DNA from: Mizuhopecten yessoensis
Taxonomy: Eukaryota
DNA length: 64,000 nt
Assembly: GCF_002113885.1 (NCBI RefSeq)
Contig: NW_018405583.1
Coordinates: forward strand, 384,781-448,780
Reading direction: 5' to 3'
How positions within the stretch are numbered: the first letter of the stretch is position 1; every line of letters begins with the position of its first letter. The position numbers and the translations under genes were made by a program. The notes below the pieces were generated by a model. That model was not told where the DNA came from. It worked only from the letters and a program-made list of their open reading frames with translations, and ran no database searches. Positions 54,142 to 64,000 of the stretch are shown here, piece by piece.

Positions 54142-54891
54142 TGTAAAAGGATTGGGTTTTGAACACTTGCTTGTTGTATATATTTCCGAATTTACAGTGC
54201 GTGTTGTGATCATCGGCTCCATATTGTTTTCCTGGGGTATTCCCGTTGGGGATTTCCTTCTGGTATTATATTTAGACGTTTCTGATTGGTTACTATTTTT
54301 GGGATATGTTACCTTACCTGTACAGCACTCTACACTCAGGTATGGGTCAGTATCGAGTTCAAATACTACATTTCACCTGCATTTCAAGGCACACTATTAA
54401 ATTTGGCTATATAGCTGGGTGTTTTGGTATTGCAAATCAGTCTGGCAGATGCTTACATGTAGCTGGCCGGCTCGTCTTCTCCCTTCTTACCGGCAGGTAT
54501 GTAGGAGTGTATTTCGGCCTTAGACCTCAAAATTATTCCGGGATGGGTGGTATTTTCCCATTGAAGGCATGTTGTAATATATTATTAGGGTGTGTTTGAA
54601 CTTATTCCCCGGGGTGGGATACCGGGTGGTCATTTTTGAGAGGACATATTTTACCCAGATATGCTGTTTTAAGTATGGACCGGTCGAGTGGTTGACGTTC
54701 TGTAGCATTGTGCATATCTATTCATCATGTTTCATCTAATGTACTTCACTGTTTCATTTTGTACATAATAAATTGTTGAATTTTATAAAAATTGTTGTCA
54801 TTCATTGACCTGTAGCCAGCTGAAATTAAGTCGAGACTGAACCACAGAGTTGACGAACGAAAAATCACTATAAGAGGACAACACCTTTACA
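54142..54891. mobile_element. 750-bp solo LTR (Gypsy-like) just upstream of the type-1B first exon
   Basis: Ends TGTAAAAGG...CCTTTACA (inverted termini, TG..CA) with a 4-bp TSD GAGT (54138-54141 and 54892-54895). Copy A shows the empty site near 23985. AATAAA at about 54767. Confidence 0.8.
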
Positions 54892-55735
54892 GAGTATTAA
54901 ATTACATTAAGTGTTCTCATCCATATCGGGCGGTCTTATGTGGTACGGAGACTTCGTATTCACAGCGTGTCAAGGAGCACCTCTTCAACAGCATCCACAC
55001 GTTTGTTTATGTAGATAACCTTCTTTTCAACTAATATGTTTTTTTCATGGAAAACAGATTAAGCAAACAACACATACATGCTATCAATTTAACAAATCAT
55101 AAAACTCATCGGAAATAAAAGTAGGTGATGCAAATGGTGATTAGCTATCAACGATAAACGAATGCTTTGTTTTCCTACAAGGATATTGATTAAATAATCT
55201 GTCTGCGCGCGGTGGCGAAAGCTTCTTATATGTAAACATACAAGGACACTGGTTGGAAAGTACGCTATATATATAGACAACCTGTACAAAAAGTAACAGC
55301 TTGTTTTTGAAGAGTCATAAGTAGATGGACATAAATGTTAACGTAGAGGAAAACACGTCTTGCGATAATGACGAAACACCAGGAAAAGATTCGGGTGGAA
55401 ACTCTTCATGACCGGGAATACGACTTTCCCTTATCTTTCTAGTTCCTTTTTTATGAACAAGACATTGTACTTGCAAATGTTCAAAATATGTTCCATTCAT
55501 CATGAAAAGAAACAATGTGCATTTAAGTTAACAATTTTACCATTTATCTTCATTTTATTTCAAATAATTCTTTTGGGAAACATTTTTATCAATAGAAACA
55601 TATGAAAAAGAATTATTTGTATATGTTATGTAACTTTGTGTATTTTATATTTACATTTACTGTATTTATGATTGCAATGAATACGTCCCTCAAGATGAAT
55701 CGACCACGAATGTGTATGGATGCGATGATGAGTGG

Positions 55736-55736
55736 A

Positions 55737-55796
<60 letters not shown>
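55736..55796. repeat. (ATG)n microsatellite
   Basis: About 20 ATG units; explains the poly-M/I/H ORFs in the track. Confidence 0.97.
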
Positions 55797-57729
55797 CAAA
55801 TAATTTTTAAGAGAGTATAAAAATAATGAAAGTAAATATACATGTCGGAAAAAGAGAGAGATGTGAATAGTCGTATTTATGTAATTTAACAAACAAAAAA
55901 TGAGTAAGTAAAAAGTGAGTGAAAGAGGTATCTACATTACGTATGGCGAACGAAAACCCTCCTACGTTGAGGGCAATCATTGTTCGGGGATTGAACCCAG
56001 GGCCCTTCAACCCTGGTAATCCTTATACCAACTATTACTGAAGAATTAAAAAAAACACAGTTAGGAGAGCATTTTTTTTTTAATGAATCTTGGTTACATA
56101 AACACTCACACATGTGGAAAAAAGTTGCACGAATTCAACAAAGACACGCTTTATGTGCCTATTGAAGTGACCCTTTTTAACCGTTCAGAAGTTACAGTCT
56201 GCATGGCGAACTAAATAGTTTACAAACGAATATACGCACATCCCCGGTCTAAATTGTCCACGTGCTCATCTCCAAATTATGGCTTTTTGTATAATATTTG
56301 ATACAGCAAATGTTTTTCGACGGCTCTGTCCTACCACACTTGCACTGCATTGCACCACACACATGCATCTTTTATCACACGACTACACTATATTTCTTAC
56401 CCCTTATGTAATACTTGGAGGGAAAATATTATGCTATAATGTATCATTTGCCCTTTTGTGATTTGGGTCCCAGAACAGTGTTCAGTGAGCTGATATTTGA
56501 GTCTTTTGTATATTCCTGCCTAGATAACTTTTAGAGAGGCTAACGTTGGAGTTTTCTAAACACTTACTTCAGGTTGGTAAGTATGGGTTATGAAAAGTTC
56601 TTTTTACACAACCAATGAAAACGTCTATGTGACGTTTCGATGACCAGTATGATATGTACATTGTCATCTTCATCAGACAAATGACCAGTGAAGCGAATGC
56701 ACGAGAAGGTGTAAAATGTGTACGAGTTGTCAACAAAATTTATGTCGATTTCGGCTACGCTGTAAGCGTATACAATAGTTGTTATATATGTACCGAAATG
56801 ACTCGATTCAGCTACGTTTAATACTTGCTCATAGATGAATTTTTATTTATTTATTATTTAGATTTTTTTATTACTCAGCATTGGAAAACATTTGTCTAAT
56901 GTTGACAACAACATATTACTTATGATCGATATGTCCATGGTTGCCATAGGACTTTAACACATACAGTTTGTAATTAAACTTTTAAATGACATTTACATGA
57001 GATTGTATAAATATAGTTCACCTGTAATATACAGGTTCACCTGTAAGTGATAACAGATAACTTAACGTAAAACGTACTGAGACATATATGTCAACATACT
57101 GTTTCGTAACCTAAAAAAGTAATAAGGGAAATACACTGTCAACATAATCGTATAACTTAAAGTAATACGATCATAGTTATTTCCTCTTTGAATTTGTGAA
57201 TTGATAACCGGATCAACAAAGAAAATTTCAGATTGTTGATCGGGTATAAAATTACTGATTATGAGTCTGAATAGAAATCTCATATCTTATCTATTGAAAT
57301 GAGACATTTTTTAAATATCAAAATTGTTGTCATTGTTTTGTAAACAAGTGCGGTAAATCCAGGTACTTGGAGTTAGGTAAGTGGAGGACTTTGATTTTTC
57401 CAGGGCAATGCTCTCAGAAAGTAATCCGGACTAGTGAATTGTTCAGACAGTGATGCTCGTAAAGTATCGGAATGACACTTAGGTATTTGTATAGAAGGAC
57501 ACAGTTATTTCTAGGCTGGTTAGTTTAATGGCAATAAAACACAAAACTTTCATCGTTTGCATTTTATAAAAATATTTCAAGAAACTAAACTTTAATGAAA
57601 CACGATTCAGGTATTCACCTCATAACGAAAACAACGGAAAAATGATTTAAATGTTTTCTCAAAAACGAATATTTGAGTCTGATCGTTAAGCTTATCTTGC
57701 TCAGAATAACTGGGCCAAGCAGCAAGAGC

Positions 57730-58125
57730 CTCTTATATTTCATATGAAATTTATGAAACTAGTCTAAGATTTTATACAATTTAGCGAGCCTATGGCGAGC
57801 TAAAATGAAAAATTCTTGACGAGTTTCATAAATTTCATATGAAATGAAAACGACTGTAAGATCCTTTTTATCATATAATCAAGATTTGTGGCATTTATTT
57901 GTGTAAAATGACACTTTTCATGCTGCTTTGAAATGTTAAAAGTCGCCATTTTGACTCAAAAAAGTAATTTTGTCATGTACTTGTCCTAGGCGTGATGTCA
58001 CAATTAAAACAATTGAATCTTACAACCAATCACAAGGCTGATATTTCATATAACGTGGGTAAAATACGCAAAAAAATATGACATATGTATATTCAATGGA
58101 TAACACTGTACATTATGTGATAAGA
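57730..58125 (-). mobile_element. Dispersed non-autonomous repeat with internal inverted repeat; inverted relative to copies at about 11350-11680, 41660-42000 and 43685-43900
   Basis: 57800-58120 is the reverse complement of 11350-11680; TTTCATATGAAATTTATGAAACT arms flank a GAGCCTATGGCGAGCT centre. Confidence 0.65.
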
Positions 58126-59425
58126 TAAAGTGCTGAGCTTATCTTTAATTTTACCGTGTGTGATATGAATTCACGGAATGAACATGTATGGAAACTTATA
58201 TTAAATCGTTCATTAAATAAATCTCCATACTATACGAGTAGGAATGATAATATATGTATATTAAGATTGTAATATCAACAAGATGATTATCTCTATACAC
58301 GCACTTAATAAATGGTGTAACAAAGCATTTACAAATATCATCACTATTTAGACGATTGGACAAAAACTATAGGCGACAAAACAAAGATAACTAATCTAGG
58401 ATATTGCTTCTATATGTACTTTAAACATTAGCAGGCCATGTAAAAAAAATGTTGGGGGGGGGGGGGATAGGGGATGATGTTCCAGTCACAAACTAGGTCA
58501 TTATGTTTTACTAAATTTATATTGGTTTCTTTTCTGTAAATTTCCATTGTCCTATATATCAAAATATGTCGGAAAGTGTACATTATTGATTATAGACTTC
58601 GTGCATATCACCAGGCTTACTCAGTACAAATATTTCATGGATCATAAAAAAATCTACGACATGTTACACATAGCTTTTTTATTGAAATTGTATAGATAAA
58701 AGTTACTATATACAAGCTCAAAGCAAACAGCTTACTCAGTACAACTCTACTTAAGGAGGCTCCACCCTTTCGCAATTAACCAGCAGAGTTCAATGAAAGT
58801 TTCACATAATGGTTATTTAACTATGTAGAGATGATTTACTGGAGATTTTTTTGTAAAAAATACCGAAAAAATGGTTTTTATCAAATTTAACACTTTCTCA
58901 TGTTTTGAGTGTATGGCATTGTTCAAAACTATTACCACAATAAAATAATGAATAGAAGCATTGCTAATCAGCCCTACAAATATTTTATTTATCATAAAAT
59001 ATCTACAACATGTTACGCAAAGCGTTTTTTATTGAAATTGTATAGATAAAAGTTACTATATACAAGCTAAAAGCAAACAGGACACATAGTTTCATACAAA
59101 AAGAGTGAAAAATTGAACCAAATACACACAAAGTCTTTATATTTCGTTTATTTTACATTTTACAATAAGTTTGATCCTGATGAGAGTTGTCTACCTTGAA
59201 AAAAATCGGAACTTTTTGTAGAGGGATAGAATTTATACAATGACAGCTATTTTCTTTTCTATACCAAAAACGAAGGAAATGCATTAAATTACTATATCAA
59301 ATTATCAATTTACTGTTCTTTTACGAAACAAAATTTCTCTTAATCATGTACATTGGACATCATTCCATAGGCCGCTTACGCATGGTATGCATAGACTATC
59401 GCATGGAATGCCGTTATCACGCACT

Positions 59426-59538
59426 GGGGCATGGATCGCTCTACTTGTAATATTAAAAAATAGGGGTCTCCTATACTAATATTTATTAGTATAGGAGACT
59501 CTATTTTTTAAAATTACAAGTAAAGCGATCCATGCCCC
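59426..59538. repeat. ~113-bp near-perfect palindrome (MITE-like hairpin)
   Basis: GGGGCATGGATCGCT.TACTTGTAAT...CTCCTATACTAAT / ATTAGTATAGGAG...ATTACAAGTA.AGCGATCCATGCCCC. Confidence 0.85.
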
Positions 59539-60856
59539 TGTGATCACATTAAACAAAAATATATAAGCTTGTCAGTACACGCTGCCGTAGTTCAAATTCA
59601 AATTCATTTATTGACTTAANAACACAATCTGGAAATGTTAGTCATGATCTAGACTGGTGGCCAGTACGTAAAATAGATAACATAGTTAAGGTCATATGGA
59701 CAGGAATACGTACAGCGGAAGTGTTTGTGTGGTCATTCTTTTTGTTTGATATACATGTATTTATGTGTACACGGTTCAATATTATACTAGGACACTAGAT
59801 GATGTCGACAGTGTGGACAAAATATAATCGAATTACTGAGGGGACATCATATCCTGTAAGTTACCACTGTTTGTTTATGTAGTTGTTTTTTTTATTTCAT
59901 TGTGACTGTTTATCTCTGTTATCTGTTGTGATATGTACATTTCCATGTTGATAAAGCGGCGGATAGACCTTACAAATTTGACAAATTGCTTTGTCTGCAC
60001 TGTCGTTATGACCCATATATCTATTTAAGTAATACGCATCCAACCAGCAATCGTATGTTCGGATCCAGTGCCAATATTGGATGATACTGTCGTTATTACT
60101 TATGAGACCTATATTTTCATATAAGTTATATTATATGGTTCCATTGCAAATATTGAAATGCACTGGTATCATGATATCTATATGAAAAATTATGAATGTT
60201 GAAAGATGCAAGTTTTAAGTCGTTCGTTATATCTTATTTATTCTATAAATATTATCAAGATGAACTCCTTTAGAGGGTTCTGCGATATGAATAATCTATA
60301 GCTACAGATATATTATTATTGTTCTTAAAAAAGTCTACTTGTGTTGAAACTATTCCTTATTATATCGTCAACACTATGAATATTACACCTATATTGTGTA
60401 TATACTCTTTGTCTGATATATGAAATGTATAGTTATACTGTTAATGTTAATCATGACATTATAATTGTTTGAAAATAAATGTATAATGATCATACATGAT
60501 CATCCAATTGCTTATACAAGTATAACGTATAAATATTATATACTCAATGTAATTAAGAAAGTAGTACATATCAAATTTGTCTCAAAAACTGTTTAGGTTT
60601 GTACTTCCATTAGCCTCAACAGACCAGGATTAAATTCTCATATCAAACTTTTGGTGCAATTTTTGATATTTTTCTGATTACTTCTAAAAGATCGGACTTA
60701 GGCAAGTCTAATACCACGGAAGGCGCCAATGCACGTGACGACATCTTTTCTTGTGTGATGTCATTTTGTTAGATAAACAACTGTTTTGTATTAATCAATC
60801 AACGCTAAAACAATATGATATATAACTTAATGTCTATTTTAATCCAAAACTTCTGA

Positions 60857-61738
60857 AAACAAGAGGCCCAAATGGCCTGGACCTGGTATTAATCTCACAC
60901 TTGTAACCTTAAAATTGATCTAAAATAAAGCTACAATCAAAATTTCAGTATTTATGACTATAAGTCATTCCAAAGAACCTGTTAAAAGATTTTAAAACGT
61001 TTGACCCCTGTGACCTTGAAAGTTGAACAAGGTCATTACGTTGAACAGGGGTTATAGCCCTTCACCTCAGCATGCAGCTTGAAAAATGTCACCACACTAG
61101 ACATTTTGTTTGTTGAGATTACGTCATTTCAAACATATTGACCCCTGTGACTTTGAATATTAGTCAAGGTCATTACGTTGAACAAACCTGGTAGCCCTTC
61201 ATCCTAGCATGTTACTGGTCAGATATTATCACCCTGTGCCTTTGGTTAACAGAAGAAGTCGTTTAAAGATTTTAAATATATTGACCCTATGACCTTGAAT
61301 ATAGGTCAAGGTCATTCATTTGAACAAACTTGGTAGCCCTTTGTCAAAGCTTGTTACTGACCAACTATCATTATCCGGCACCTTCTAGTTCATCAGAAGA
61401 AGTTGGTTTAAGATTTTAAACATATTTGACTCCTGTGACATAGGATATGAGTGAAGGTGATTCATTTTAACAAACTTGATAGCCATTCATGCTAGTATGC
61501 TACTGGCTAGGTATCACCATCCAAGTCCTTATGATTATTCAGAAGAAGTTGTTTGAACTTTTTAAAGAGAATTGAACCCAGTGACCTTGGATATAGGTGA
61601 AGATCATTCATTTGAACAAAGTTTGTAGTGCTTTATCCCAGCATGCTACTGCCCAAATATCATCATCCTGGGCATTTCGGTTATTCAGAAGAAGTTGTTT
61701 AAATTAAAATCTTGACGCCGGACGACGGGTGAGCTTAA
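60857..61738 (+). mobile_element. Helentron/HINE-like element with internal ~140-146-bp tandem repeats
   Basis: 5' AAACAAGAGGCCC, five TGACCCCTGTGACCTTGAA..GGTCAAGGTCATT..TTGAACAAACTTGGTAGCCC units, 3' GGACGACGG..GTGAGCT. This architecture is typical of bivalve satellite-bearing non-autonomous elements. Confidence 0.75.
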
Positions 61739-62804
61739 AGCATTTGTAACAGTTTATAGATGTTTAACTATTTCCCGCACTGATTATCTGACATATTTAT
61801 ACACCAACCGAAAAGTTATGGAAAATAATCCTCGTAATCTTTATTAGGTATATTGAATCCAAGTTCAAAACAAAATATATTATTTATATTTTACGTCTGA
61901 GATATGTTACATATGATAAATGTACACAGCTAGATAAATAGCCTATAGACCACATTTTTAACATTTATAGAAAAAAAAATAGATTTTTTTTTATAAACAT
62001 TTAGGTTAGTGTTGAATATCGTCAATCAGTCGTGTATGGTTTGGATATTTATGTCGACTATCATGCTGATTTGATTTTTTTCCAACTTTACTGTCCGTTT
62101 CTTGTTTCATCGTGTACACGCCGTATATAAACTGTTTCAGTGACATTAGGGAAACTTTTTACGTCCTCATTTCTAGTAAATGTCACTAGTGGGTTTTGCA
62201 TTATGATTTTAAAATGCGGTACTCGACCGTATTAAGTGTATTACTTCTATTGTATGAACAAAATATAAGTCATAACAGGAAATAACAAAATATGGTTACA
62301 AGTACAACCCTTATGTAACGTTATATCAATAAATGATGCTATGTAAACAAAGTATAACTATTTTCCTCTCTTGCCAACAGGAAACTATGAAACCGTTTAG
62401 AAATTATAGTATATTATTGCACGAGGATAGTGATGGGTACCATAGTTTTTACCCTCCAGAATACATGTTTCGTTTTTGCTTCTATAACACTTATGATATT
62501 TTATGCTGGTATCCCTTCAAATCTTCTGATTACGTTTCAATGTTATTTTCTATTTACTATGATAAATTATCTAAACGTCATTTGTTAATGATTTTGATGA
62601 TTTTTGTTTACATGTTGTATGCCGGATATCACTTTCAATGACTAGACAAATGCTTATGGCTATGTCACATGATTTCAGCAAGTTAAAAGAAATCCGGTTT
62701 GAGCACAGAACCCATTATTTAGCATGAGAAAGGAAACGGACACTTGGGCATGTGTCCATGTAATTTACCATTGTTTTACTACCTTTACTTAACGTTAAGG
62801 AACG

Positions 62805-64000
62805 ATACACAAGCTATATAATTATGGAATCAGCGCGAAAACTGTTAAATGGATAGAAAACTTTTTAAGTGATAGACATCAAAAAGTAGTGGTTAACGGA
62901 TCTACATCCAAATTACAGAACGTCTTAAGCGGAATTCCTCAGGGGAGTGTTTTAGGACCAATACTATTTGTTATGTATATCAATGACATGCCCGAGAACA
63001 CTGCGTCATCGTGCCCTCTATTCGCGGATGATACTAAATTATACCGCAAGATACGAACTGATGAGGATAAGGAAATTCTACAAGCAGATTTGAATAATCT
63101 TCAAAAATGGTCTGATGATTGGCTTCTGAAATTTCATCCGAATAAATGCAAGGTTCTTCAGGTTAAAGGATCACCAAACAATAATAGAACATACCGTCTC
63201 GCGAGCAAAACTGGAGAAGTCGTACTTGACAAAATCAACAGTGAAAAAGATTTAGGAGTAACGGTGGATGCAAACCTGGACTTTCGGACCCACATTCAAA
63301 ACTCAATAAATAAAGCTAATTCAGTACTCGGGATTATTAGAAGATCATTTACTTTTTTTGGACGAATCGATTTTTAGACAGTTATATAAGGCTCTGGTAA
63401 GACCGCATCTAGAATAGCAGCCAGTGCGTGGAGTCCGTATAAACTTAAAGATATCCAGATGATAGAGAATGTACAACGGAGAGCCACTAAGCTTCTACCT
63501 GGATATAAAAAAAATCTCCTACGAAGAACGTTTAGAAAAATTAAAACTACCGACACTAAAACACCGAAGGACTAGAGGTGATTTGATTAACGTTTTCAAG
63601 ATTGTGAAGAGAAAGTTTGATTAGAAAGTCACGTCAGACATATTTGTCTACGATAATAACGAAAGAACATGAGGACATAAATTTAAGCTGTATAAACAAC
63701 GATGTAGTACAGAGCTAAGGAAAAACTCTTTCACGTTTAGGGTAGTTGATATCTGGAACGGTCTACCGGAATCGGTTGTAAATGCAGAAACCACGAAGGA
63801 CTTTTAGATCCTGTTGGATAACCATCTGAAGGACACTATTTACAATAATTACTGATAATGACTTTTAAAATGACTCTTTTGGGAAAGTTTATATATGTTA
63901 ACCAGTGACAATACAATATTTGTATACTATGTTTTGTGATATGGACTTAGATGCTTTCAGCCTGCGTCCATTATTTTTCAATTAAATCAATTAAATTCAA
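62805..64000 (+). mobile_element. 5'-truncated, degenerate CR1-clade LINE (reverse transcriptase C-terminal half and 3' tail)
   Basis: ORF 62889-63377: SGIPQGSVLGPILFVMYINDM, LFADDTKLY, LQKWSDDWLLKFHPNKCKVL, EKDLGVTVDANLDF. Continues through frameshifts and stops (LYKALVRPHLE*A, IENVQRRATK) to an ATTAAATCA-type tail. Confidence 0.92.

Larger units (their letters stand above)
31742..54921. repeat. Segmental tandem duplication, copy B
   Basis: Colinear with 3603-24013. Contains an internal ~2-kb triplication, a solo LTR and a HINE-like insertion not seen in copy A. Confidence 0.92.

Noticed and set aside
55602-55892. Poly-Met, poly-Ile and poly-His ORFs
   Set aside because: Translations of an (ATG)n microsatellite.

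Overview
AT-rich eukaryotic genomic DNA from a draft assembly with two N-gaps. The repeat content suggests a bivalve mollusc (inference). The six-frame ORF track is mostly noise, but manual splicing on the minus strand recovers a tandem cluster of four multi-exon genes. These are two divergent paralog types, each present twice because a two-gene unit is duplicated (about 3.6-24.0 kb versus 31.7-54.9 kb). Both types encode leaderless proteins with a PDZ-like domain followed by a predicted interleukin-1-family beta-trefoil. The trefoil carries a D-x-R-F-F...[FL]-E-S-x4-G-x-[CY]-L motif and the vertebrate IL-1 intron-phase pattern 1/1/0. Three genes are complete (about 340, 445 and 339 aa); the fourth is cut off at the window start. 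The rest of the window holds minisatellites, tRNA-derived SINEs, a TRIM-like element with tRNA-like LTRs, a solo LTR carrying kappaB sites in one gene's promoter, a Crypton-like fragment, Helentron/HINE-like elements and a decayed CR1-type LINE. All gene models come from reading splice sites and frames by eye and need RNA-seq and structure confirmation.
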